Below are positions 52,111 to 64,000 of a DNA stretch of 64,000 bases, piece by piece. The notes beneath the pieces are model-generated. The model had not been told where the DNA came from. It worked only from the letters and a program-made list of their open reading frames with translations, and did no database searches. Position numbers and translations under genes: made by a program. Position 1 is the first letter of the stretch; each line of letters opens with the position of its first letter. Origin of the DNA: Isurus oxyrinchus (Eukaryota); NCBI GenBank assembly GCA_026770705.1, contig JANJGN010000002.1, positions 179,614,001-179,678,000 of the forward strand. Reading direction: 5' to 3'.

Positions 52111-53304
52111 GTCTGTTTTGCTGCTTTGAATGGATACACTGACTGACTTCAGCTGTGGATATCTTAATGAATGTGTTCACTGAGCTGAATACAGTTTCTT
52201 TGCTAGAGGCTGAATGGGTGCCACGACAACTGTTGAGAGCAGTGTCAGATGAAATTTCCTGTGTTTATAGCTTAACTGGTATTAGCTGCTTTGTAAAATG
52301 AATCGTAGTTCCATTTGGCTTCCAGGAAAACATTTTCTCAAAACAGTAGAGCATCTTTGAATGTTGAAGTGGGAGGAAAAAATTGGCTGACTTGTATTTG
52401 AAATATGAGAGTGAGTACTTCTCCACTATAGACCTTTCTGTGTTGAGAGGTGGGATAGATTTTCAGCTTGCCATCAGGGTGTTAAACTGGCGTTCTGGAT
52501 TGAGCTGCCTGTTATAGAAACCACACAACTCTCATTTTCATCAAAATCAATGTGGTAGCTTAAAAATCTGCCCTCTAAACTTTAGCTAGTTCTTTTGAAA
52601 TGTCTAATGAATAAACAGATACTTGCTGCTTATTCCATGGAAAAAAAAAGTTGCTTTTGAATGCAGCAATTGGCGTTCTGCTGGCAATCATGCAACTCTT
52701 TGAGGGAGAACTGTTTTCCAGAACATAAACTCACTGCTCTTCATCAGAAAGCAGCTCCTTAGCAGTTGATAGTTGACAGGTTTGTGTTCCTTTGGGCAGA
52801 AAATTAGTGGTCTAATGCAGCCCTGTAGGCAATGCTAAGCTAACAGAAGGTGAGTTCTGCTACCAGTTCCCATACTGCTGTCTGTTTGGGAACAGTGATG
52901 CTCTGTGCATGCATGTATAGCTATGTCTGCTGGATTCAGATTGCTGGTTTAATGTTGGAAGAGAACCAATAGGATCCTGGCTATTAGATACATTAAAAGT
53001 AAAATAACAGTAATGATTGTCTGAAGGACTGAAAACTCTTAAGATTTTCTGACACCTCCTCCAGCACCCTCAGATCTCTTGCTTACATCTTACCCAAATG
53101 GTTCTATAAAGTGTGTGTTGGTGCAATGCAGAAATCGTGGCAGTGTGATTTATTGTACACTTACTACACTTGAACATTGCTGAAAAGAGAAGATACGCTA
53201 TAATATGTTCAAGCCTTGTGCTTTTTTTTGAATTAACCAGAAACATGGGTATTCTATAGTTCCCTATTTATTTCTCCATGGCATGCCTCAGCTGTTATTC
53301 TTAT

Positions 53305-54636
53305 TAAGGATGGATATATTGTCATAGAGGGAGTGCAATGTAAATTCACCAGACTAATCCCTGGTGGAATGGCGAGGCTGTCTTATGAGGAGAGATTGAG
53401 GAAACTGTGCCTGTATTCTCTAGAGTTTTGAAGAATGGGCGGTGATTTCATTGAAACTCACAAAATTCTTACAGGGTGTGACAGAGTCGAGATAGATAAG
53501 GTGTTTACCCTGGCTGGTGAGCCTAGGTCCAAAGGGCACAGTTTCAGAATAATGGCAGGCCATTTAAGACTGAGGAGGAGGAGGAGTTTCTTCATTGAGA
53601 AGGTGGTGAATCTTTGGAATTCTGTACCCCAGAGGGCTGCGGAAGCTCAATCATTGAGTATGTTCAAGACAGAAGTCGATAGATTTCTGGATACTAATGA
53701 TGTTATATTCCCAGCTGATAACATTGGACAAGCCAGATCCCAGAGTGAAACCTGGCATGATGGATCCAAACTTTTTTAAAGAAACTGTGGAGGAAAGTTA
53801 CTGAACAAATTCATAGGAGTCTGCTGATGAACTTTTAACACAAAGAATAAGATATTTATTAAAACAAGAAAAATGAACTATATTACACCAGACAAAAAGG
53901 TTGGAAAAATCTCAATACAAACACAAGGTGATGATTCAATTTCCCAATATTCTATTACCCATCAATTTCTTTATAGTTGCACAAACCAGTGAAGAGTTGC
54001 CACTGGCTTGAAGCAAAGGCTCCTTGCCTTGAGACTGGTACACATAAAATCTTGAGCATTCACTTGATGCTTCTCACCCAACTCAATCTCTCCCTGAGGC
54101 ATCCAAAAATAACCACACTTTAAACTCACTGTTTCAATAACAATATTGCTAAACTGATCACATTCCTGAGTCCTATAACTGACTATTCAGTTAACAATTG
54201 TCCCACTAACCTTGTACTTTTCTCTTCTCAAGGAGCTGAAAAATCTCTGTCCTCAATCTCTGACACATACTAAACTTTTCCTTGTCGTTTCCGGTGTCTC
54301 TCTGTCACTTGACTACAGCTCAGTTTTTTCTACTTTGTGTTTTCTTTCCCCCAAAATCAATATAGAAACAAACCCAAAAGACTGACGTTTCATCCAGACT
54401 TCTAGGCACCAAGGCTTATAAAAAGCCTAAGTGAAAATGGAACCATTCTATTTTCCTTAACACAAATATATATAAAAATTCAACTTAAAAATTGTACATT
54501 GTTCATCACAATGACATCAAAGAATATGAAGATAGCAAGGGAAAATGGCATTGAGTTAGATGATCAGCCATGATCTAATTGAATGACGGAACAGGCTTGC
54601 TGGGTCGAATAGCCTACTTCTCCTATGTTCCTATGC
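53305..54636 (+). mobile_element. CR1 (family B) 3' end interrupted by a solo LTR
   Basis: SYEERLRKLCLYSLE, GDFIETHKILTG, VVNLWNSVP; resumes at 54515 and ends cctatgttcctatg. Confidence 0.85.
53701..54510 (-). mobile_element. Solo LTR (810 bp)
   Basis: TG...CA termini, 4-bp TSD ATGA (53697-53700 / 54511-54514), minus-strand AATAAA at ~53855, end motif shared with the LTR at 7630-9065. Confidence 0.8.
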
Positions 54637-54639
54637 TTG

Positions 54640-54775
54640 ATTCAGTGTTGACTTGCTAACCAATTGACACCCCTTTTCTCCTGTAGTATAAATACTGAAA
54701 TTTGACATTTTTGCGGCGTTTGTCCTGATGAGTGCAAGACAAAAAGCTTTGGCCACATGTCTCCCTTCTCTGTAC
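54640..54775 (+). mobile_element. PLE family B terminal-repeat fragment with hammerhead remnant
   Basis: Reverse complement of 11065-11200 and 17610-17700; CTGATGA-GT-GCAAG-AC-AAAA-AGCTT at 54725-54750. Confidence 0.7.
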
Positions 54776-57052
54776 TTGCAAGCAATTTACTATACTGTAT
54801 TATGAAGACTCTAGTTGTGGGAGGCGTGCTATTATTGAGATCATGGAGCTATTTTCAATGCGTAGAATACAAAATAGTCATTCATTAAGTAAGCCAGCAG
54901 TGAAATATTTAATTTCATGCACTATCCTGAAATATAGGCCAGTTTCTATGGGTTTCAATCAATCAACTACTTATATGGTGGGAGAATGTGGAATCTCTCT
55001 GGAAATTTGATGCAATGTCTTCTTCTGATAACGAATCTACTGCATATGTTTCTAATTCCTCTGCAAAGAAGATGGCTTTGGGCCCTGTCTCCAGCATAAA
55101 ATTTCATCGCTGGCCTTGAGCAACCAATGTCATTTGCTTAGTCCATTTGTGCAGCTTTCATGCACAAACATTCTGCTCACAGTTGTCTGTTTGTCTGTGG
55201 AGAAACTTAACTGAAGACTTGGAGGTGAAGCATGATGTGAATTCTTACTCTTTATTTCTCTACAGCTGTGCACATTTTGAGGTCTTGGTGGTGTAGTGAG
55301 TTTCAAAATTTTTTTAAATGTGTTTTGAGATTTGGGGATCAACATCCCTTAATAACACGATCTGTTGATTTAATTTAGCCATTGATTGTTGCTGTTGATC
55401 TCCACTAAATCTTTCCCCATTTTATAATAAAAATGTTCCCTCTAGTCTCTCTTGTCTTGCTCAGAATATTCTACGTCAGTTGATTTAGCTTTGAATCTTG
55501 TTATGACCTTGCTTCTTGCAATGAATATTTCTAGATACTGATATCATGATAGGCTGCCCTCCATGACTAAGATAATGAAAATGGACTGCACAATTGAAGT
55601 TTATTTCCTGTTCACAGAGAGTCTCTTATCATCAGAGATTTATAAATCAAGTTGTGCTGCAGTTGCAATGGTACACTATTCTTTTTCAATTTTCATGCTT
55701 GATTTGACAATTATGTATTTATACAGCTATTTTATAACAACTCCACTACAGATGATCTGTGTCAGGCCTGTTTAAAAACAAAATTGCTTCTGATGTCCGC
55801 CCATAATGCATTCTGGAAACAAGCTGTGTTGTTACTGGAATAATGAAAGCCCTTATCCCTAAACAAACATGAGCCACTTCATATGAGGAATAAGTGAAGT
55901 GGTCCTGTTTATCTTGTTATTAATTATTCTAATGTAAGAGACAGGAGAAGATAAAGGATACCAAACTAAAAGCACTTGCATTAGCCACTCAAAATGGAAA
56001 AAAAATTGGATGAGAAAGCAGCAACATGAAGGAACATAAGTATTTCTAATGAGCAGACTACAAATGAGAATACGTAACAGATACAAGAATAGCATACATG
56101 TTATTCTGGAATATTTTAGTGGGGGGAGAATAGGGTCAATCTGTTTTATTATTGTCTGACACACAGTGCAGTGCCATCTGCTGTTTGCACAATGAGGAAG
56201 ATTAGAATTTAGACAGGGGAGTAAGTCTTCCTGACAAATCTTCAGTTTAAAATGTTTAGATAAGGAGCTAGGAAAATCATGTATCATTGCTGGTGGGGCT
56301 ACAGATATTTTGAAACTCATCATCACATCCACAGCAGTTGTTGATGAACTTGATATCAGATTACATTTTTGTATGAGCACAGTGGCAAGTATTGGTGTCA
56401 TTCGGTTGGGCTGCAATAATTACACAGTTGGAAGTGCCATCGGTCACAGGCATGATGACAGGAAGTAACCTAAGACTGGAGCTGAGATTTCCTGAGTAAT
56501 AAAGGTAAAGTAGCAACAAGAGCATCAAGAGAAGAGCATTAGAGTTCTTGGAGTGGGCAGCAAAGCAGTGAGAAAGGCCCTGAGAAAGTGAAGTGGGGCA
56601 ATACAGCTTCAAAGAAGAATTTGGAGCAGGGAAAAATGTTTAACTAGATGGGTGTCAAAGTTTTCACTTGGGGGAAAAAGTCAGACCTGCTGGAAATAGC
56701 TTTAAGTCTCAAAGCTGCCCAGTCAGAATCTGATACATTTGATAACAAAATGAAACTGTTAATTACATTAATTGGAGCTAGGTGTCTGACACATCACCAA
56801 GGATGTGTCACTGCTCAACCAAAATGAAGAATTGGAAAATGAATGACTTCAGTCAGGGAATTTAATGTTTGGGAGTAGACTTGGAGCAAAGGAGCTTATA
56901 ATAGAAATAAAAGGAAGCTCACTGATCAATACATTGTAAATGAGTTCTAATAGATTTGTAACATAAATTGAGACAGCTAGAATTTACAGCACCCAAGGCA
57001 TTCGTTTTTGTACCCAGGTTTAATGCCTGGAACTGTTAATAGAGGTAACATT

Positions 57053-57727
57053 GGCCTGAATCTTCTGGTCGGCATGCAGGGGCAGACCCTGCTCAGTGAC
57101 ATGTAAAATGATGCGGGGCGACGTCAGGCGTGCATCCTGATGTTACCGCGCATCATTCAGATCTTCAATTCAGCGGGCGCGCACTGGAGTCGGCTGCGCG
57201 CCCACCAAACTGTCAAAGGCCTATTAAAGCCATTTAAATATCAATTAAAAGAATTAACAGAGCTGCTCATCCAACCTTAAGGTTGGCGGGCAGGGGAAGA
57301 GCCCAGGCGGCCTTTGCATTTATCATGACACTTCATCCACGGGTGGGATGAGGTTTCATGAAGTTTCTTAAGCTTTAATGAAAATTCTTAATCAAATCCA
57401 TAGGCATGTCGCAGCTGATGTGACACTGTCACATGAGAGGACATGTCCGAATAATTTTTAAAAGTCTTTTATTGACTTTTTGATAATGAAATTAAACTCC
57501 CTGAGGCAGCTCCATACCTCAGGGAGATTTCTGCACTCTTTCACATGCATGCAGGCCCTGACTCAGCCTCCTCCCCCTGCCTGCACAGGGAGCGCTCAGC
57601 ACTTCCGAGTGTGTGTCACGCTGGGCGGGCCTTAATTGGCCCGCTCACGTAAAATGGCGGCGATAGGCTGCGCATCAGCCATTGCCTGCTCCTGCTCAGC
57701 CCCCCTGACAGGGAGAAAATTCTGTCC
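57053..57727 (+). mobile_element. Harbinger-type MITE copy 1 (675 bp)
   Basis: TIR ggcctgaatcttc / gaaaattctgtcc; 3-bp TSD ATT; colinear with copies 2 and 3. Confidence 0.85.
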
Positions 57728-59127
57728 ATTGTCTCCATGAAAACAAAGCATGATGCCCTGTTTCAGAGGTATTGTAAACCAAATAATGACGTGGACCAGT
57801 GACAGTAAACTCAGGGGCTAATGCCTTAGGGGGGGTTGCAGAGGGATTGTAACATAGACTGATAAAATCCTCAGAACAGTATTCACCCCATCACTGTGGC
57901 AGAAAATAGGTTTCTACTAGACTAGCAGTGACAGGGTACTTTTCTTATTACTATTTTAACTGATTTGTCCAGACTTAACATTTCAATACTCTGTACTCTT
58001 AGCTACTAATCCTGCAATCCCACTAAAAGCTTGCCCTTCCACGTTCAAGAATATATTTATCTGACCTCTGAATTTGTTTACTTTTCTGCCTTGTTTAGAG
58101 TTTACCAATTAACACATATTTTTCCCTCCTTATTCTTTCTCCCAAAATATATCACTTTACTGTTATCTCTCAGAAATTCCATTTGACATATATTGTCCAG
58201 CCTATCTGTGCTCTCCTGTCAAATCTTTTACACAGTTAACCAGGGGCCCCAGCTTTCTGTTATCTGCACATTTTGATTATTTACCAACTTTCTACATTCT
58301 TCATTCAACTTCTACATTTCCTCTAACACCGTGCACAGCGATTTTATCAGTGTGTCTCTTGTGCAGGACTTTGGGTGCCCTGTGATAATTCTGGTGGAGG
58401 AACTGACCTTGTTACTGTTTTATAGTGTATCATTAGATTTTCAAAATGGTCTGGAAATGCAGCATGAAGTGAAGCAGATCTCGGGACCATTAATATGTCT
58501 AGTCTGACAGGTTAATTTGCAGCACCGTTAGTTTGGGTGATGCAAAGGGCCTTATGACCAGTCAATTTATTGTGGTTGCTCTTTCAAGAGTTCAGATCAT
58601 GGAAGAAAAGGTGAATTACAATTAGAAAAAATAGTTGGGAATGTTAAGGGTGCTGATTCATATGACTAGTGTGATGTTCTACAATAAAGTGTCAGAGTTT
58701 CAGTTATGGAAAACCATATATGTTGTGGTGGCTTAATTTGGTTGTGGTGCTGAGGGCAGCTGCTCAATTCCTGGAGATCTTCAGATAGAAATGCTTTGGA
58801 AATGAAAGAGGAAGACTGAATGCATATTTTAGCTTGAGGTAAGTTCTCTGTGCAGATGGAAGTTTCATTGCATGACAGGCAAAGTATAAGGATATAAAGT
58901 CAAATTTTCTAGGGGATGAAACCATCCCCCCTCCCCCCCAGGTAATGTGGTTTGGTGGTGTGAGTTTTCCAGCCACATGAACGTTGACCGCTTCTGAAGT
59001 CAGCATAACTATTATACTGAGAATGAGGTCCAGATGTTAGAAACATCCCTTACTGGGAGCTTGCTTGCTGGGGATGAGAAAAAGCATGCCCCTGCAAGAT
59101 TTAAGTCCCTTCTGTTTAAAAGACCAA

Positions 59128-59826
59128 GGGAAGAACTTTCCGGGAAGCGAGCGGGGGCGGGGCCCACTTGCTGACGTGTTAAATGATGCGCGGTGATGTC
59201 GGGCAGGTGTCCCGACGTCACCGCACATCATTTAGATTTTCAGTTCAGTGGGTGTGCAGCCGAGTCGGATGTGCGCCCGCCAAACTGTCAAAGACCTATT
59301 AAGGCCTGTTAAAAACTAATTAAAACAGTTAAATGAGCTGCCCGTCCTACTGTAAGGTTGGCGGCAGGTGAAGAGCCCAGGCTGCCTTCGCATTTTTCAT
59401 GAATCCTCATCCGTGGGCGGGATGAGGTTTCATGAATTGTTTTAAAATTCAATAAAAATTATTTTAAAAGTTCATCGTCATGTCCCAGCTCATGTGACAC
59501 TATCACAGGAGGTGAAATGTTTTAAAGGTTTCTTTCATCCTTTATTTAAATTTTCAATCATCAAACTGATCTGATTCCTGCACTCTTTCGTATGCATACC
59601 TTGAAAGGGCGCAGACCCGGACTCAGAGAATCCGTCCCCCACCCCCTGCCCGCACAGGAAGTGGTCAGCCCTTCCGGGCAAGCGTCATGCTGGGCGAGCC
59701 TTAATTAGCCCTCCCACGTAAAATGGCAGTGCACACCCAATTGGGGCCGCCAATCAGGTTCACGCTTGCTCCCGCCCTCCCCTGTACAACCCCCCGCTCC
59801 ACTGACGGGGGAGGAAAATTTAGCCC
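59128..59826 (+). mobile_element. Harbinger-type MITE copy 2 (~700 bp)
   Basis: TIR gggaagaactttcc / ggaaaatttagccc; flanks CAA / CAG. Confidence 0.8.
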
Positions 59827-60949
59827 CAGATGTATTGAGTATCAGCTTGAGGTAGAGGTTGAAAATTTGTTAATAAAATCATGTCTGTTAATTCTGCAAG
59901 AAGCCACAGGGCCCCAATTTCTCCAGATCAATAGTGAAAATGCTGCTGGGTTAAGTGTGGACGAGGAGGAAGAGTATCTTTGGGTAAGGCCCCCACAATG
60001 TCTTGTTGGGCCCATGGAAAAGAGTGCAACATGAATGGCAACTCCATGACCTCTGATAGAGCAACTCAAGAGCCGCAAAAGATTAGAAAACTTGCCATGC
60101 AGGCCGGATCAGAACAGTCAGCTGAGCCACTCAGTAAGTGCATAATATTAAGCATGTTTGTTGCTTACTCTCTATCCTGAAATGTTAGAAAGGGTGTTAA
60201 TGCCAAGGGGATAGCATGGAGCCCATTACAGCCCCAGATTTCCTTTGTACTTATTTATACACACACATATCATCACAGCCTCACATAATTTTTAATTGTT
60301 TGGTTCATACATTTGTCATCACTCATTCATTATGTTCTCCTTTCTGACATTTGGTTAGAACTGCATTTCTTGGCAATCAGACATCATTCCCCATTCTTTT
60401 TTAAAGATAGCAATACCAGAGAGAGATCGGGTGGTAGGTGGTCGACCTTCACAATCTTCTGCCCTCTCACCCACGTGAGAAAGAAGCTTTCAAAAACCCT
60501 GTGAAACAGGCAATAGAGAGGGTTAAAGACAGAAAAGTATAATCATGATGACAATCTGGTTTTCTTCACAACCTATTTTTATCCACATTTAGATTAGATC
60601 CTGAAACCCTAATTTGGCTGCTTCTGCAGAAACTCACATATCGGCCTGGATTTTCACTGTGTCGGGATGACTCAGGAGCCCTTTAAAAATTCTAGGATTC
60701 CTGACCCCATTCCAGGGTTTCTGATTTTCAGGACTGTCTTTTAAGGGTGTTAGCTGGTTCAAGTCGCAAGCCCTCCTCCTGGGGTCTATTGCAAGAATAG
60801 GGATATCCTAGTCCTTCACAATTTTAATGGAGTAACGAACAATAGCCTGCATGAGGGAACCTTTTAAAAGATGAGATCAAAAGGTCATTCTCATGCCCCC
60901 ATGTCAAGGTATGCCTCCAGCTACCCCTATGTCCCCTCATTATGATCAT

Positions 60950-63220
60950 TGTGATCATAAGGTTTAAACTGACTATGGAAAAGTACAAAGAATAATGCAG
61001 AGTAAGATTAATTAATTGGGGGAAAGCCAACTTCAGTGGGGTAAGAAAAGATCTGGACTGAATAAATTGGAGTCAAGGTTTGGCAGGAAGCATGGTAGCT
61101 GAACAATGGGCTACCTTCAAAGAATAGAGAGTGCAGGCACAATGAAGGTACATTTCCTCGAAGGGAAAGGTAAGGCAAACAAACCCAGAGCTCCCTGGAT
61201 GACAAAAGAGATAGAAATTAAGATAAAGAAGAAAAAGTGTGCCTATGACAGATTTCAGGTAGAAAATACAGCTGAGAACCAGGCTGAACATAGAAGGTTC
61301 AGGAGGAGGTGAAAAAGCAATCAAGAGAAGCAAAGAGAAAGTATGAAAAGAAACTGGCAGCCTACTTAAAAGGGAACCACAAAGTCTTCTACTTGCATAT
61401 AAATAGTAAAAGGGTAGCAAAACGAGGGCCTAATAGGGACCAAAAACAGGATTTACGCATGGAGGCAGAGGGCATAGCTGAGGTATTAAATGAATATTTT
61501 GCATCTGCCATTACCAAGGAAGAAGATGCTACTCAGGTCATGGTGCAAGAGGAGATAATTCAGACACTAGACAAATTTAAAATTGATAAGGAGAAGATAT
61601 TGGATAGGTTGTCTGTAATAGTGGATAAGGCAACAGGACCAATTGAGATGTATCCAAGGATACTGAGGGATTTGAGAGTAGAAATTGGCAGGGGCACCTG
61701 CCTTAATTTTTTAGTCTTCCTTAAACTTGAGGGTGGTACCAGAGGACTGGAGAATTGTAAATGTTGCACCTTTGTTCAAAAAGCCCAGCAATTACAGACC
61801 AGTCAGTTGAACTTCAGTGGTCGGGAAACTTCTAGAAACAATAATTCAGGACAAAATTAATTGTCACATGAACAATTAATGGTTAATTAAGGAAAGCCAG
61901 CATGGATTTCTTAAGGGAAAACCATGGGCAGGATTTTATGCGTCGGTGAGCGGGGGCTGGGCCTACTCGTCGATGTAAAATAACATGCGGTGACATCGGG
62001 TGGTACTCCTGACGTCACCGCGCCCCACTTAAATTTTCAGGAAGGTGGGAGCACAGCAGAATCAACTGCGCACCCGCCGACCTGTCAATGGCCAATTGAG
62101 GCCATTGACAGTGTCAATTAAGTAATTGAAGGACCTGCCCGTCCAACCTTAAGGTTGGTGGGCAAGCCGGGAGTCCTGGCGCGAATTAGAAAAAGCATGA
62201 AACCTCATCCACGGGCGGGATGAGGTTTCATGTAGGTTTTTTAAAAATTTAATAAAGATTTTGTAAAAATTATGGACATGTCCCAACAGTGTCACATGAG
62301 GGGACGTGTTATGGAATTTTTATTTTTCTATTTTTAGCTTTATGACATTTACAGCTGATCTCCCTGAAGCTGCACTTAGCCTCAGGGAGATGAGTGTGCT
62401 CCTTTGTGCGTGTGTGTGAAACAGCGCACTCTTGATTTTGGGATTCCCCCCCACCGCCCGCACAGGGAGCGCACAGTGCTTCCATGCGGACATCGCGCTG
62501 AGTGGGCCTTAATTGACCCGCCCATGTAAAATGGCGCTGTGCCCACGATTGGGGATGCTGATCAGAAACGCACCTGTGTGTGTCCGCCCTTCAACTTCGC
62601 CCCCATTGCGGGGGGAAGGGAAATCCTGTCCCATGTTTAACTAACTTGCGGGTGTTTTTTGATGAAGTAAGAAAGAGGGTTGATGAGAACAAATCAACTG
62701 ACGTGGTGTACATGGACTTCCAAAAGACATTTGATACAGTACCACACAACAGACTTGTGAGCAAATTTATAGCTCGTGGAATAAAGAGGCAGTGGATGCG
62801 AAACTGCCTGACTGACAGGAAACAGGGTATGGTGGTTAATGGATGTTTTTGGGGCTGAAACAGTCTGTGATTCTATCGGTTAGAATGCACTGCCTGAAAG
62901 AGAAGAGGAAGCAGATTAAATAATTTCAAAAGTGAATTGAATAAATACTTGAAGATGAAAACATCTTCATGACTATGGGTAGGGGAGTGGGACTCCCCAA
63001 ATCTACATAATTAAATTTAAATAGAAATATAAATCTGAATAAATTGGCATGATGTCAAATTTCATTTGGCAATGCTTTTAAAATGCCTTGGGATGTTTTA
63101 TTATGTTGAAGACACTATATAAGTGCAACTTGTCATTGTTGGAGAGTTCTTTCAAGCAATCAGCACAGACATGATGGGCCGTTTGGCCTCCTTCTGTACT
63201 GTGTCATTCTATGATTCCAT
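60950..63220 (+). mobile_element. CR1 (family B) ORF2 fragments with deletions, split by MITE copy 3; L2 tail piece at ~63080-63135
   Basis: PWMTKEI, AEVLNEYFAS, QHGFLKGK|PCLTNL, VYMDFQKTFDTVPH; CR1 terminus ggcctccttctgtactgt..ctatgattccatg. Confidence 0.85.
61926..62631 (+). mobile_element. Harbinger-type MITE copy 3 (706 bp)
   Basis: TIR gggcaggattt / aaatcctgtcc; TSD CAT (61923-61925 / 62632-62634); removing it restores the CR1 frame HGFLKGKPCLTNL. Confidence 0.92.
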
Positions 63221-64000
63221 GTAGAAATAGAATGCCTGTCTGTCAGCCAAATGATTAGTTATCTTGGGATCAAATCAGCAGAGCTCACCTTGTCATTGTC
63301 AAAAGTTAATTTCATAATTTTTCAGTCGTCATTCGGAGAGAACTTCATTCTATGGTCATACATTTTATTTGGATAGAGTAAAAGCTCACATAGCCACCTC
63401 ACCCTATTGCAAGGATGTTTCTTATTAGCTAATGTTGAGTGGCCCAGAGGTGAGTAACTTTCTAGCTAAAGGATGACTGGTGAGCAATGAGCAATATTTG
63501 GGGGAAATATTAGGGAGGCATCAATGGGCACACATTACAAAAAAAAATCAACACTATCCTAAGTTTCCTTGGGTACACTGGGTCATCTTGGCACAACAAA
63601 ATACAGGAAAATTGGGCAGGTCAGAGCACAAGTCTTTAAAATAACCTGACTAATTTTCTTCTATTTAAATTAAATGAGGACGATCAGGTGGGCTACTTTA
63701 TAGTTGTGTGCTGTAAACCACCCTATATTTACTCTGGCCCAGGTGATCCATTGCATCTGACCAAGAGAACGTCCTCAATGAATCTGTGGTGAGCTCCACA
63801 TTTTCCTTCACAGGTGAGGGAAAAGAGCCCCATAATTTGCATGTGCTTCTGACGTTTGAGCTATGGGTCATTCATACAAAAAATATTTTCTGGCTTGCTT
63901 CCAAAAATTATTCAGCAGCTCGTTTAATAAGAGTGCACTCTTATTTTGCACAATTTCATTCTTGAATTTCTTCCTGGTGGTTTATTGCAGCAGATGATTT

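Noticed and set aside
52780-52855. Exon candidate ending AAG|GTGAGT
   Set aside because: All three frames contain stops shortly upstream; could only be non-coding, with no further support
55859-56416. 185-aa minus-strand ORF
   Set aside because: No recognisable motif or splice context; composition typical of a chance ORF in AT-rich DNA
63743-63860. Splice-like signals near the window end
   Set aside because: Weak, mutually conflicting sites and no recognisable peptide
1-64000. Prokaryotic-type systems (CRISPR, retron, defence operons)
   Set aside because: No operons, repeat-spacer arrays or gene-dense coding; all RT and nuclease ORFs are explained by eukaryotic transposons

Overview
Repeat-dense, AT-rich vertebrate genomic DNA. 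The transposon mix points to a cartilaginous fish (shark-like); this is an inference from element families, not a database hit. There are no prokaryotic features and no clearly recognisable host protein-coding gene. The window looks intronic/intergenic, with one good candidate first coding exon (13591-13653) and two weaker micro-exon candidates. Contents: several copies of two CR1-group LINE families, L2 and Deu-type SINE relics, two Penelope-like element (PLE) families with minimal hammerhead motifs (including a young 1.66-kb copy with an open RT/GIY-YIG ORF and a 13-bp TSD), a decayed Gypsy element, and two solo LTRs with 4-bp TSDs. It also holds a complete decayed two-gene PIF/Harbinger transposon (39025-46601), nested in an older TIR element and itself carrying a tRNA-SINE-head/LINE chimera, plus three ~700-bp Harbinger-type MITEs with several conserved internal palindromes. 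Most interesting: the Harbinger/MITE set, the non-canonical hammerhead in the young PLE, the SINE-LINE chimera and an AT-rich foldback at 48.2-48.5 kb. All coordinates were read by eye; those for degenerate elements are approximate.
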